The notes below the pieces were generated by a model. It saw only the letters and a list, made by a program, of their open reading frames with translations. It searched no databases and was not told the DNA's origin. 64,000 bases of DNA from Octopus vulgaris (lineage: Eukaryota): positions 10,664,001 through 10,728,000 of the forward strand of contig OX597815.1 in assembly GCA_951406725.2 (NCBI GenBank), written 5' to 3'. Shown here one piece after another: positions 1 through 12,811 of the stretch (within the stretch, counting starts at the first letter, position 1; each line of letters opens with the position of its first letter). The position numbers were made by a program, and so were the translations under genes.

Positions 1-745
1 GTCAATGAAATAGATATTAGTCAAGTATTTGGACTGACTTAATTGAAAACGTCTCTGAAAACATTTGAGGCTCCTTGTCGTACGAACATTTAGATATGTC
101 CGATATTTAGTTACGGCTGCTTACGTTCTGAGTTCAAATTCTGTTGATGTCAACTTTTGTCTTTCATCCATCTGGAGTCGATAATATAAAATACTATGTA
201 ATAAGTTATTGTAGTTAATGAAATTTACTAACCCCACCAAAGTTTCTCTTCTTACTCCTGTGTTACAAATAAATATTGGTTTCAAATTTTGGCACAAGGC
301 CAGCAATTTCGGGGGTGGAGCTAAGTCGATTACACCGACCCTAGTGCTCAACTGGTACTTATTTTATCGACCTCGAAAGGATGAAAGGCTAAGTCTACCT
401 CTGCAGAATTTCAACTCAGAAAGTAGAAACGGACGAAATGCCGCTAAGCTTTTTGTCCGGCGTGCTAACGTCTCTGCAAACGAATTGTGGAATTTCATTA
501 ATTTTTTTTAACAGTGTTTGCACAACACAAGCAAACTTGTGTCTGAGTACCTTGGATAGTGCTTTGTTTTTGTTTTTCTATTGTATTGTCGGTACCCTAC
601 ATAGCCTTGTACACTGTCTAGTATCTTAAGGTCTGAATGCTATTTGTACAGTCTCTTGTAATAATATTTTATTAATATTGTGTAAATGTGAACATCCTAG
701 AATTTGGGTAATGTATATATTTAAAAAAATAATGAAATTATTGTA

Positions 746-1366
746 TTCAGTGCTCAGGTGCACCACAACTTGTCAAAAGTGCGTGTAAAGCATATGCAGC
801 AATGTACAAATGTCTGGGAAGTGAATGAGTCAGATACATGCTTGCGTGTGTATGGAGGGGAGAAATTCAGGTGTAGTGTTGGAAAATCTCAGGAAGCATG
901 AAAGTTTTGAAGGATGCAGTGCTCCGACAACTAACAATAGATGCCGGCAGTTTGTTCCATGCTTCAGTAACTCTTAGCATGAAAAAATGTTTCCGTAAGT
1001 CATGGGAGCTGTGCTGTTTTCTGACTTTGTAAACATGTCCACGGGTGTTAGACAGATGGAGTTTGAAAAGGTGCTCAGAGTAATTGTTGCGTGTGTATGG
1101 AGGGAAGAAAATCAGGTGTAGTGTTTGCGAATCTCATGAAGCATGGAAGTTTTGAAGGATGCAGTGCTCCGACAACTAACAACTGATGCCAGCAGTTTGT
1201 TCCATACTTCAGCAACTCTTAGCGTGAGAAAATCTTTCCGAAAGTCATGGGAGCTGTGCTGTTTTCTGACTTTGTAAACATGTCCACGGGTGTTAGACAG
1301 GTGGAGTTTGAAAAGGTGCTCAGAGTTATTGTTTGTGAGATGATTTGTGCTAAACAATAAGCACAA
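746..1366 (-). mobile_element. 3' end of a CR1/L2-group LINE with an internal ~245-bp tandem duplication
   Basis: Minus ORF 1112-1366 reads TRGHVYKVRKQHSSHDFRKDFLTLRVAEVWNKL, matching the CR1-type ORF2 C-terminus (TRGH...F..RV...WN.L). Segment ~842-1086 is repeated at ~1087-1330. Confidence 0.8.
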
Positions 1367-1399
1367 TGCCAGCCAGTATTTTATATTTGCTGGTTTGAC

Positions 1400-1830
1400 A
1401 GCGAACTGATTTCTTTTTATTACTACGTTGTACCATTTGTATTAATCTCTATTTTTTACTATATACTTTCGTCCTCCTACAGTAGATACATTATCACTAT
1501 TTAGTAGGTGTCTTCTCATTGTATTTGTGGTAAATGTAATCTATCTATGCAGCATATTCGATAAATTATTCTAACACGCAGTCAATATTTATTCCTATTT
1601 TCCTATTACTGGTACATCCAGAATACTAATACTAATACTTAACATTTTATTTCTGTGCATTTAGCTCAATTACAATTATCAGCTAAGGTTTCTCTAATAT
1701 TCCTTCATAAACATTTTCTTTCATTTGATTCCGCAGAACTCGAATTATTTATATACACTCCTAAGTATTTGTAAGAAAGTATCTGCTCTAATTCCCTTAT
1801 CTCCTTTCCATTATCTAACTCATTATTCAT
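1400..1830 (-). mobile_element. Degenerate non-LTR retrotransposon RT fragment (R4/Dong-like)
   Basis: Minus translation ELDNGKEIRELEQILSYKYLGV contains the YKYLG RT motif; many stops. Confidence 0.5.
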
Positions 1831-1831
1831 A

Positions 1832-2221
1832 TCTTTATATATAAAAGAGAAGTTGTGTGCTGTCTGTCTCCTACGATTTAGATTCCTAACTACTCCCACA
1901 TTTTGCGGTGCAGTTTAACCAAAACCGGGTATCTTATAGTCGTGATTCATATCGAGCCCTTCTGGGTATTAGCACGCGTCTACGATGAGTCTATGATTTT
2001 AAAAAAAATTTACCATAATTTTGTTTCCATTTTAATGCATTTTTTCGCTATTATATAAGGGAAGTAACTCTCTAAAAATGTCTACGATGAGTCAACGATT
2101 TTAAAAAGAATTACCATCATTTTTTTTCCATTTTTTTGCTATTTTTTGGCTATAACTCTCTAAAATTGCTTATATAGTTATTTCCCTTACAAACCCGAGC
2201 AACGCCGGGCGATACTGCTAG
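1832..2221 (+). mobile_element. Non-autonomous Helitron
   Basis: Starts TC (TCTTTATATATAAAAG), ends CTAG at 2218-2221, has a subterminal hairpin CCCGAGCAACGCCGGG, sits between A and T, no TSD. Confidence 0.75.
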
Positions 2222-2469
2222 TAGTTTAATAATTTAACTGTTCTCAATGATGCTTACAAACCGAACTTCGTATCAATTTCTTTAGTAAATCTATTTACTG
2301 ATATATAGCTGTGTTCCTAGCTGCCCATTAACATGATACAATACATATACGAGATATGAGTGATTGACTGCCTAAAGGTTTTGGTTTAATATGTTGATTA
2401 AAGGCATAAGGTAGACTTAGTATAGCCGAATGGTTAAGAATTTTACTCCGGAAAGGAAATCTCAACCAC

Positions 2470-3921
2470 ATGATTCTCTTATATATTTATAAGTCGGTCA
2501 TCCCGGTTTTCAAACAGGGAAACAGATCCCTCGCAGTCAACTATCGCCCAATCTCACTCACCTCCCACATCATTAAAGTGTTTGAAAGAGTGTTAAGATC
2601 AAGGATAGCTGACTTCCTGGAGACCCACAAACTCCTAAATTCAAATCAACATGGCTTTCGCTGTGGCAGGGACTGTCTAACACAGCTCTTACACCACATT
2701 GAAGATGTACTCAAAGCCTTGGGAACAGGTTCGAACTCTGACGTCATATACCTTGACTTCAGTAAAGCGTTCGACAGGGTAGACCATAACATCCTACTCT
2801 CAAAATTGGCAAATGTTGGAATCCGTGGAAAAGTTCTACACTGGATTCAGTATTTCCTAGCGAATAGAACACAACATGTTGTAGTTGATGGAGTCCACTC
2901 AAACCCAGCAAAAGTCACCAGCGGTGTTCCCCAGGGAACTGTTTTGGGTCCGCTACTCTTCATAATTTATGTAAACGACCTTTCCAGTGTCGTACATCAC
3001 TGCAAAGTGAAAATATTCGCTGATGACACTAAGCTCCAGCAAATCGTCAATGAAGAAGCAGACCGAACTCAACTCCAGTCTGACCTATATGCTGTGAGTC
3101 AATGGGCAGACAGAAACAAAATGCAACTGAATGAGGGAAAATTTGAGCTGATGCATTTTGGAAGAAATTCCTCACTAAAACAACCATACTCTCTTCCTTC
3201 AGGGGAACCGCTCACAGCCTCTAACAATATCAGAGACCTGGGTGTAATTGTTGATGACGATCTCAGTTGGAGTGCACACATCAACAAGAAGGTCGATACA
3301 GCTCGTAGGATGAGTTCCTGGATCTTAAGAACTTTCCGGTCCAGAGAACAAGGTGTCATCATACCACTTTTTTCATCCTTTGTACGGCCACACCTTGAAT
3401 ACTGCTGCCCACTGTGGTCTCCTCACACAAGACAAAACATCTCCAGAATTGAGTCACCCCAGAGGGCTCTCACTAAACAAATTGAAGGCATGGCTGCTCT
3501 CGACTATTGGGATCGCCTTAAAGCCTTGAAACTTTACTCCCTCCAGCGTCGCCGTGAGCGGTACATCATTTGTACGATGTGGAAAATATACCGCCAACTT
3601 TGCCCAAACGACCTAAACATTAGCTTCAAGGTTCATCCGAGACTTGGACCACGGGCTATACGTCCCCTGCCAAATTCAAGATCACAACATACATGTACAC
3701 TGCAACATAATTTCTTTTCCTCAACAGGCCCTGCCCTATTTAACATTGTCCCGAGGGAGATCAAAGAGGAAAAGGATCCCATCAACTTCAAACAGAGTCT
3801 GGATAGATTCCTTCAAAGAATACCAGACAAGCCACCCATAATTGGATACAACTCACCCAACAAGAACTCACTACTTGAACAAAACTGGATACAACTCACC
3901 CAACAAGAACTCACTACTTGA
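2470..3921 (+). CDS. Reverse transcriptase ORF2 of a 5'-truncated CR1/L2-group LINE
   Basis: Uninterrupted 483-aa ORF with NYRPISLTS, QHGFR, YLDFSKAFDRVDH, SGVPQGTVLGPLLF, FADDTKL, RDLGV and RPHLEYC motifs. Homology starts ~2492; no endonuclease domain present. Confidence 0.93.
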   Translation: MILLYIYKSVIPVFKQGNRSLAVNYRPISLTSHIIKVFERVLRSRIADFLETHKLLNSNQHGFRCGRDCLTQLLHHIEDVLKALGTGSNSDVIYLDFSKAFDRVDHNILLSKLANVGIRGKVLHWIQYFLANRTQHVVVDGVHSNPAKVTSGVPQGTVLGPLLFIIYVNDLSSVVHHCKVKIFADDTKLQQIVNEEADRTQLQSDLYAVSQWADRNKMQLNEGKFELMHFGRNSSLKQPYSLPSGEPLTASNNIRDLGVIVDDDLSWSAHINKKVDTARRMSSWILRTFRSREQGVIIPLFSSFVRPHLEYCCPLWSPHTRQNISRIESPQRALTKQIEGMAALDYWDRLKALKLYSLQRRRERYIICTMWKIYRQLCPNDLNISFKVHPRLGPRAIRPLPNSRSQHTCTLQHNFFSSTGPALFNIVPREIKEEKDPINFKQSLDRFLQRIPDKPPIIGYNSPNKNSLLEQNWIQLTQQELTT

Positions 3922-4034
3922 ACAAAACTTGACTTAAACAGGATTCGAATAATCCTATCAGGTGGTGCTATTAAGTTAGACATGGCCTGGACCAATCTCT
4001 GGTCGAAACATATCTAAGTTTTATCTAAGTTTTA
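2492..4034 (+). mobile_element. CR1/L2-group LINE, 5'-truncated, with 3' UTR and short tandem tail
   Basis: RT ORF followed by 3' UTR CAGGTGGTGCTATTAAGTTAGACATGGCCTGG and a repeated TCTAAGTT tail; the same UTR recurs at ~32432-32502. Confidence 0.9.
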
Positions 4035-4309
4035 TATTTTTATATGATGTTTAATCAACTAATAAGGGTGAGAAAATTGGATACTAATTTAATAGTACAT
4101 CCATTTAACACCAAGTGGCTTAGTGCATAGAAACCAGGAATACAATAAATTTTATACATAAATATAAGAGAGTAACCACTATGTGGTCGACTCTAGCACT
4201 AGAAATAGATCCGCTAGGTTTCAGCCACAAAGAATTGTTTCCGATGAAAGTTAGCACGACTACTAGCGCAAACGAACAGGGCAAATAAAAATAACAAAAA
4301 TGCAGATTA

Positions 4310-4386
4310 GTTCAGGACAATTGTTTCGCTATTAATAAATTATGTAATTTTACTCACATAACATATCTGTAGCTCTTCAGCCGAAC
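4310..4386 (-). ncRNA. Type I hammerhead ribozyme with canonical core, in a probable Penelope-like terminal repeat fragment (~4160-4490)
   Basis: Minus strand: stem I GUUCGG/CUGAAC, core CUGAAGA, stem II GCUA...UAGC with a long insert, GAA, palindromic stem III ACAAUUGU, cleavage triplet GUC. Confidence 0.8.
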
Positions 4387-4589
4387 ACGTCCAGAATACA
4401 ATTTACTCAACCGCACGCTAGATTTTACTCTATATTTATATATTACTAAATTCTTTAAACGTCGGACTTTATATCTGTTCTGTAGATATAAATGAATATA
4501 TGAATATATGTATGTGTTTGATCTTTCTGTGGATTCTGTGGTGTTCTTGTAGTTGCTGCTCGCATTGCCTCCCCTCGGATTAAAAAGTA

Positions 4590-4842
<253 letters not shown>

Positions 4843-4846
<4 letters not shown>

Positions 4847-5008
4847 GACGTGCTTCTTTCAGTTTCCGCCTACCAAACCCACTCACAAAGCTTTGGTTGG
4901 CCCGAGGATATGGTAAAAGACACTTGTCCAAGGTTTCACGCAGTAGGATTGAACCCGGAACCGTGTCGTTGAGAAGCAAGCTTCTTACCACGCAGTCACG
5001 CCTGTGCA
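4843..5008 (-). mobile_element. tRNA-derived SINE family C (internal-microsatellite family), 5' half
   Basis: Reverse complement matches the head of the full copy at 36920-37333. Confidence 0.8.
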
Positions 5009-5038
5009 TTTATTCATGATATTACTACTTATATATTA

Positions 5039-5742
5039 CTAGCTGATGTACCCAGTAATTCCCAGAAATATGGGGCTTATGTCCTGGTCCCGTTCTCATA
5101 ATTATTACGCTAATCCAAAAACAACAATACAAAGTATGTAGTCCTTAAAACGGTTTTTGTGCATTTACAGAGAATACAAAACTGTCTTACATAGGATCTT
5201 TGTTTTATGAATTCCCAATAAGTTATGAATACCTAAATTGTGAAATCAATTATGTAATAATATGAAATTAGTTACCCGATAGTAAGAATTCAAATAAACT
5301 AGCCCCGAAAAGGGTTTTAATGCGTTCCCAGAGTATATAGAACATACGAGGAAATATTTATAAGGTATATATACTAAAATTGTGAGGCGTGTTACGTAAT
5401 AACAAAGCAAATCAGATATGAGATAATAACAAAACTGCTTTTGTGCGTTCACAGAGAATATTACCCTCAGAGGGCGCTAGTGTTGGTATATTCGTGAATA
5501 AGTCACTAACCGAAATAAGTGGATCTATTGTTTAGAAAAATACTATTTACTTGTTTAAGGGTTGTACTGGATAAATTTTGAAAATAACTAACAGTTCAAA
5601 TACTAAGAAATAAGCATACTCAATTTCATTTTTACCAAATAATTTACGAAAATGAATGGGCTATTTCCCTTGGCTATATATAAGGATCCCTTCCAGGGGC
5701 GAATGGGTTATTTCCATTGGTTTATAAAATAATATATATTAG

Positions 5743-5794
<52 letters not shown>

Positions 5795-5973
5795 ATCCCT
5801 TCTAGGGCTCCTATTATCGATCTTTTCAATAATCTGAGTATGCCATGAGGTTTCCAGACATGAGTTCTACTCACGTGTCAAGTTTCATCAAAATCGATAA
5901 AACGATGTAGAAGGAGTTAGCTAACAACTCCACAAACACACCCAGAGACAGAATTTCCCACTTGTGTGGTAGA
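5039..5973 (-). mobile_element. Non-autonomous Helitron-like element
   Basis: On the minus strand it starts A|TCTACCACAC, contains ATCGATTTTGATGAAACTTGACAC (DINE/Helitron-like core) and ends CTAG|T at 5039-5042. Confidence 0.55.
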
Positions 5974-6283
5974 TTTTACTTATAAATTACCTTAGACATT
6001 GACAATGTTTCCACGAACCACTTCTGCACAACACAGCTAGAAGCCTACGAGTAATCAATTTATGCCATTCTCTTTTTACCTTCGATAATCATCGGCTGTG
6101 ACTTTATTGACCAGTAATTTATCTTTACAATCATATAAACCTTTCCAGTTCAGAAAGTGATTATCTCTTTTCTGATAATTATTTACCCACTGAGATCCAT
6201 TGGTAGCTAAAGGTGTATATGCTGCAGGCATTGTTCAGGCTTGCTGCTTCGATGCTATCGCTTCTTTCGTGTGTAGGATTAAT

Positions 6284-6782
6284 ACACACACACACACACG
6301 CACGCAAGCACACACACACATATATACATACATACATACATACGTACATGTATGTATGTATGTATGTATGTATGTATGTGAGCATGTGTGCACGCGCGCG
6401 TGTGTGTGTACACATACATACATACGTACATATATATGTATGTATGTGTGTATGCGTGTGTGTGTGTGTGTACACATACATACATACGTACATATATATG
6501 TATGTATGTGTGTATGCGTGTGTGTGTGTATACACATACATACATACGTACATACATATATACATAAATACGTAGATACATGTATGTATATGTATGTATG
6601 CATATATGTATGTATCTATGTGTATACACGCACACACGAACATATACACACGCATGCACTCATGCACAGGCACACAGATACACACACACTCTCTCGCTCT
6701 CTCACGCACGTTCACACACACATTCACACACTCATACTCACACACACACACATACACACGCACACACGCTCGCACGCACGTA
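6284..6782. repeat. Compound CA/TATG/TG microsatellite with higher-order ~60-bp periodicity
   Basis: Direct inspection; abuts a degraded family C SINE head at ~6790-6940 (minus). Confidence 0.9.
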
Positions 6783-7014
6783 CTCCACAGCTTCTGCCTA
6801 TCAAATCATTTCATAAGGTTTTGATCGGCTCGGCTCAAGAGTCGAAGACCCATTACGCTGCGCAACATGTGTAGAAGGGTTGAACCCGGCACCGTGTGAC
6901 CAGTAAGCCAATTGAGCAGCTCATCCACAACTCAATGCCTGTTAAACACATCAACCAGGAGTCTAAGATTTTACCACATCCCGCTGCAGCCTAGTTCTGT
7001 TATCTTTTGTTTTT

Positions 7015-7620
7015 TACTTGATTGAATCATTTCGGCGGTGGCCATCCATGCTGGGTGCACCGTCTTCAAGATTTGTAGTCGAATGCATCGATCCCAGCGG
7101 TTATTTATTTAAGCCTGATATCTGTTCTGTCGGCTCTTTTGACGAACCGCTTGGTTACGGAGACGTATACACACCAACACTGGTTGTTAAACGCTGGCAG
7201 GTAACAAACGCTGACACACACACACACACATACACACACACACACATACACACACACACATACACACACACATACATACATACATACATACATACATACA
7301 TACATACATACATGCGTGCGTGCGTGCGTGCGTGCGTGCGTACGTACGTACGTACGTACATACATACATACATACATGCATGCATGCATGCATGCATGCA
7401 TGCATGCATGCATACATACATACATACATACATACATACATACATACATACATACATACATACATACATACATACGACGTGCTTCTTTCCGTGTACCAAA
7501 TCCACTCACAAGGCTTTAGTCAACTCTGGTCTATAGTAGGAGACACTTGCCCAAGGTATCAAGCAGTGGAACTGAACCCGGAACCATGTGGTTAGGAAGA
7601 AAACTTCTTACCACAGAGGC
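7015..7620 (-). mobile_element. SINE family C, older copy with expanded internal microsatellite (7214-7475)
   Basis: Both halves match 36920-37333 in reverse complement, separated by CA/CATA/TGCG/CATG runs. Confidence 0.8.
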
Positions 7621-7689
7621 AGGCTTTTATGATTTTTTTTTTGTGGCATCTGAGCTCATTTTGGAGTTAAAATGGCTTTCCACGATTCT

Positions 7690-8270
7690 TTTCTACTCTA
7701 GGCACAAGGCCCGAAATTTTAGAAGAGGATTCCAGTCGATTAGATCGACCCCAGTACACAACTGGTACTTAATTTATCGACCCCGAAAGGATGAAATGCA
7801 AAGTGGACCTCGGCGGAATTTGAACTCAGAACGTAACGGCAGACGAAATACCTATTTCTTTACTACCCACAAGGGGCTAAACACAGAGAGGACAAACAAG
7901 GACAGACGAACGAATTAAGTCGATTACATCGACCCCAGTGCGTAACTTGTACTTATTTAATCGACTCCGAAAGGGATGAAAGGCAAAGTGGACCTCGGCG
8001 GAATTTGAACTCAGAACGTAGCGGCAGACGAAATACCTATTTCTTTATTACCCACAAGGGACTAAACACAGAGAGGACAAACAAGGACAGACAAATGGAT
8101 TAAGTCGATTACATCGCCCCCAGTGCGTAACTGGTACTTATTTAATCGACCCAGTAAGGATGAAAGGCAAAGTCGACCTCGGCGGAATTTGAACTCAGAA
8201 CGTAAAGCCAGACGAAATACCGCTGAGCATTTCGCCCAGCATGCTAACGATTCTGCCAGCTCGCCGCCTT
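7690..8270 (-). mobile_element. tRNA-derived SINE family A (Meta/MESC-like core), multimer
   Basis: Head GGCGGCGAGCTGGCAGAA, core GCCTTTCATCCTTTCGGGGTCGATAAA...GTACCAG; ~184-bp body repeated. Confidence 0.88.
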
Positions 8271-8477
8271 CATGGCTTCCCACGATTGTTCGTTGCTATG
8301 CATCTTGCTTTGAACATCCTCCACCCATGGTGATCACTTTATTTTCTCTTTTTCCCCCGCTCCCAAATTTTATACCTCACGTGTTGCTTCGTTGGTTTCT
8401 ATTTTATTTTTAATCAGTTCTTCATAAAATCCTTTTACGTTGTTGAAAGAACTTTTGGCAATTTCATGATGAGGAAT

Positions 8478-8846
8478 TACTCTTTTACTCTTTTACTTGT
8501 TTCAGTCATTTGACTGCGGCCATGCTGGGGCACCGCCTTTAGTCGAGCAAATCGACCCCGGGACTTATTCTTTGTAAGCCCAGTACTTATTCTATCGGTC
8601 TCTTTTGCCGAACCGCTAAGTGACGGGGACGTAAACACACCACCATATACAGACAAACACAGACACACACATATATATACATATATACGACAGACTTCTT
8701 TCAGTTTCCGTCTACCAAATCCACTCACAAGGCATTGGTCGGCCCGGGGCTATAGCAGAAGACACTTGCCCAAGATGTCACGCAGTGAGACTGAACCCGG
8801 AACCATGCGGTTGGTTAGCAAGCTACTTACCACACAGCCACTCCTG
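8478..8846 (-). mobile_element. SINE family C, near full length
   Basis: Near-identical reverse complement of 36920-37333. Confidence 0.88.
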
Positions 8847-9027
8847 ATCAAAATTTGATCAAAATTTGCTTCACGTGTCTCTTGATCACGAGATCATTTT
8901 TATTTATTTAATCATTTATCTGTTTCAGTTATTTATTGTAGTCAGGATACATTTCTGATGTATTTTTCTTAACGTGTTGCTTCGTTGGTTTCTATTTCAT
9001 TTTTAATCAGTTCTTTATAAAAGTCCT

Positions 9028-9418
9028 GTGGAGGCGCAATGGCCCAGTGGTTAGGGCAGCGGACTCGCGGTCATAGGATCGCGGTTTCGATTCCCAGACC
9101 GGGCGTTGTGAGTCTTTATTGAGCGAAAACACCCAAAGCTCCACGAGGCTCCGGCAGGGATGGTGGTGATCCCTGCTGTACTCTTTCACCACAACTTTCT
9201 CTCACTCTTACTTCCTGTTTCTGTTGTACCTCTATTTCAAAGGGCCGGCCTTGTCACTCTCTGTGTCACGCTGAATATCCCCGAGAACTACGTTAAGGGT
9301 ACGCGTGTCTGTGGAGTGCTCAGCCACTTACGCGTTAATTTCACGAGCAGGCTGTTCCGTTGATTCGGATCAACCGGAACCCTCGTCGTCGTAACCGACG
9401 GAGTGCTTCCACTTCCAC
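9028..9418 (+). mobile_element. tRNA-derived SINE family B (resembles octopus OR-type tRNA-Arg SINEs)
   Basis: A box TGGCCCAGTGG, B-box-like GGTTTCGATTCCC; TSD TATAAAAGT(C/T)CT; near-identical copies elsewhere in the window. Confidence 0.9.
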
Positions 9419-10547
9419 TATAAAAGTTCTAATGCGTTGTTGAAAGAACTTTCGGCAATTTCATGATGAGGAAATATTCACCATTTGATAAAAAAAATTA
9501 TTGCTTCCCGTGTCTCTTGATCACGAGATCATTTTCATTTATTTAATCATTGATCTATTTCAGTTACTTATTGTAATCAGGATACATTTCTGATCTATTT
9601 TTCTCTCATGTTTTCGTCTTAATCTTTTAGTTATGAATTTCTTTAAGGATTCGGAGATTTTACGTTTGATTTTTCCGTATATTTATCTTCCATGTTATTT
9701 ACTTGGGGTTTATATTCCTATATTAGTAGAACTTAGAGAGTTCTCACTTCCTTCTACAATTAGTATAGCTTCTGGACATTTATTATTTTGTTTGTTCTAC
9801 TGACATTAATATCCGCATCTGTTTTCATTAAGTCTACGATTGCCAAATCACTTGTCAGGTTAGTCTACCAAAGCCAAAATCGTTTTTAAGGAAGAATAAT
9901 TAATCTGCTCGGTACTAATTTGCCTTATGTTCTCTGGTTTTTAATTAGTGCCTACATTTGCAAAGCATTACTTATGGGAGGCAGTAAGTAAAAATATTCT
10001 CTCTAGTACTTTAATTTATTGTGTACAAAAATATCTTTCAGTATTTTCGGAACTTCTTTGATTTTCTTTGGTGATATTCGTTGGAAGTGAAGTACTCATG
10101 CTTCGTTTTTTGTTCTCTTAATTTTACTCTATCAACAAAACCACTTTTTGTCCTCTTCTCTTCCTCCTGCTCCTTCTAGTTTCCTCTTTTCTCTTCTCCT
10201 CCTACTCATTATTTTTGTTGTTGGTGGTTATGGTGGTGGTCGTGATGTTATCAGCAGTGCGTCACTTCTAGTCACCCCGAGTAAGTTTGTTCGTCTATTT
10301 ATATGTTTGAAAGTTAGTAATTGTTGAAATTTTATTATATAACATTTGCTTAAGCCGACCAAAGCACATAAGTTTTATTAGTTTTTTGTTTGTCGTCAAA
10401 TATGAAGTAACTTTCACAGCCAGGAAACTGCAGGGAGAGGGTGACTTGCAAAGACAGTTGCTCACCAAGAATGGGAGGAGAACGATTTTCAAGTTCAAAG
10501 TCGAAATAACTGCACTAATACTACAGCGACAAACGACAGCAGCAGTA

Positions 10548-10922
10548 GCAGCGGACTCGCGGTCGGAGGATCGCGGTTTCGATTCCCAGACCGGGCGTTG
10601 TGTGTGTTTATTGAGCGAAAACACCTAAAGCTCCACGAGGCTACGGCAGGGGATGGTGGCGACCCCTGTTGTACTCTTTCGCTCCAACTTTCTCTCACTC
10701 TTTCTTCCCGTTTCTTGTCCCCGACTTCCTACGCAACCGCTGAGCCTGGATGCGCATTCATCCATCCGTTGATGCTCTCGGTGTCGGGGTTGACCCGCTT
10801 TCTCTTCTGCGGGTCTTACGAATAGCAAAGGACCACGTTTCGGACTTCTCCCATCTTGCGAGCTCTGGGACGAAGACCGTTCGCTCAACAGCGCTCAACA
10901 GCGCTCAACAGCGCTCAACAGC
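10548..10922 (+). mobile_element. SINE family B head (5'-truncated) with an alternative tail ending in (CGCTCAACAG)n
   Basis: Matches family B to ~10705, then ~180 bp of unrelated tail and four 10-bp terminal repeats. Confidence 0.75.
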
Positions 10923-11759
10923 AACAGCAGCGGTAACAACAACACTGGCAAAAAAAACAGCAGCAGGAGTGGTGGCGAAGCCGGCATTAGGATCCTGGAA
11001 GAGAATGAGGTGTTTTCATCGTTGAAAATTCAAATCTAAAAAAAATTTCTGCTGTTCTGTATATTCCCGTCCAGTGCTCGAGTATTGCTGACTAATGGAG
11101 TTATGTCGAGCACCTGACTTTCCAGCTGACCCAAGACTTTCCAGCCCCCGCATATTGAGCTGTCACGTTTTGGCCTCTGCTACATTTTATGTTTTCTGGT
11201 TGTTTTTGTTGCCAATATCTGATTTTGCGTCACTTTCTTGATCTCGATCTGAGCTGAGAACTGTTTTATTTACCCACATCCTTATTACCCTCTTCCGCTT
11301 TCCCTTTCATGTTTGCCCACTTTCTTTTAACCCACTTTTTTTAACTCACTTCCTCTTTGCCACTTCCTCTTTACTCCTTCTTTGCCCATTTCCACTTTAC
11401 CCAAATTTGTCTGTAATTAACCGTATCGGTGACCAACACACCAACGACAAATAAGGTTATTTTGTTGGCTCCTTTATAATATATTTTTTATTATCTTTTT
11501 AATAGTCTCTTCTATTTCTCCATCTTCTCAGCATCTATTATCTGAACCTATGAGCCTATGAAGAAGCTTTATGTATCCGCTCAATCTGCTAGATATAATA
11601 ACCAAATGACTCAAATAACAGAATACCATCTTTAATAAATAGGAAGAAGTCTCAAAAATGATATAGTCATGACAGGAATGCTTTTAGTAGCATATCTGCA
11701 GCATCAGCTTTGATATTGTGCATCTAACAACAGACTCAGCCTTTTGTCTAATACATACT

Positions 11760-12347
11760 TATTTCTTTACTACCCACAAGGGGCTAAACACAGAGAGGAC
11801 AAACAAGGACAGACAAACGGATTAAGTCGATTACATCGACCCCAGTGCGTAAATGGTACTTATTTAATCGACCCCGAAAGGATGAAAGGCAAGGTCGACC
11901 TCGGCGGAATTTGAGCTCAGAACGTAGCGGCAGACGAAATACCTATTTCTTTATTACCCACAAGGGGCTAAACATAGAGGGGACAAACAAGGACAGACAT
12001 AGGTATTAAGTCGATTACATCGACCCCAGTGCGTAACTGGTACTTAATTTATCGACCCCGAAAGGATGAAAGGCAAAGTCGACCTCGGCGGAATTTGAAC
12101 TCAGAATGTAACGGCAGACGAAATACCTATTTCTTTATTACCCACAAGGGGCTAAACATAGAGGACGAACAAGGACAGACATAGGTATTAAGTCGATTAC
12201 ATCGACCCCAGTGCGTAACTGGTACTTAATTTATCGACCCCGAAAGGATGAAAGGCAAAGTCGACCTCGGCGGAATTTGAACTCAGAACGAAATACCGCT
12301 AAGCATTTCGCCCGGCGTGCGAACGTTTCTGCCAGCTCGCCGCCTTA
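11760..12347 (-). mobile_element. SINE family A trimer
   Basis: Three body units plus one head; 17-bp TSD TTTGTCTAATACATACT flanks the whole trimer. Confidence 0.92.
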
Positions 12348-12811
12348 TTTGTCTAATACATACTGTCTACCCTGAAGATAGAAAATATTTATTTTATGCT
12401 GATCGTATTGCGTCACTAACTGTGTAACTTTTTTCCTCTAATATTTACAAAATATTTATATAATCTTACTGGAGATGTAATAATTATACAGCTGCAAAAA
12501 ATCCCCTACTTTTCTATATTCTTGGTAGATATAATTATTCTTCTCACATAGGTATTTAAAGATGTAATCTAAATGCAGTCGTTATTTTTGTTCCTGTTTT
12601 ATTTAGTCACTTTTAGTTTCCAGCTGAGAATATTATTATTATAACTTAGAGATATTATAACTTACAGAATTGGCGTATTGGTTGCCACGACATTATTATC
12701 GTAATTTAGTTCAATCATGAATATAATCTATTTCATCCAGGATAATCCTTTCTAATGATTTTAATAATCTGCGTATGTTGTAGTCTTGTTTGTCTTATTA
12801 ATTCCTAGTTA

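Noticed and set aside
9028-9105. Functional tRNA-Arg gene
   Set aside because: The tRNA-like head continues into a ~380-bp SINE body with TSDs and occurs in five near-identical copies.
9160-9363. Recurrent 67-aa ORF MVVIPAVLFHHNF... as a multicopy gene family
   Set aside because: Incidental frame inside SINE family B.
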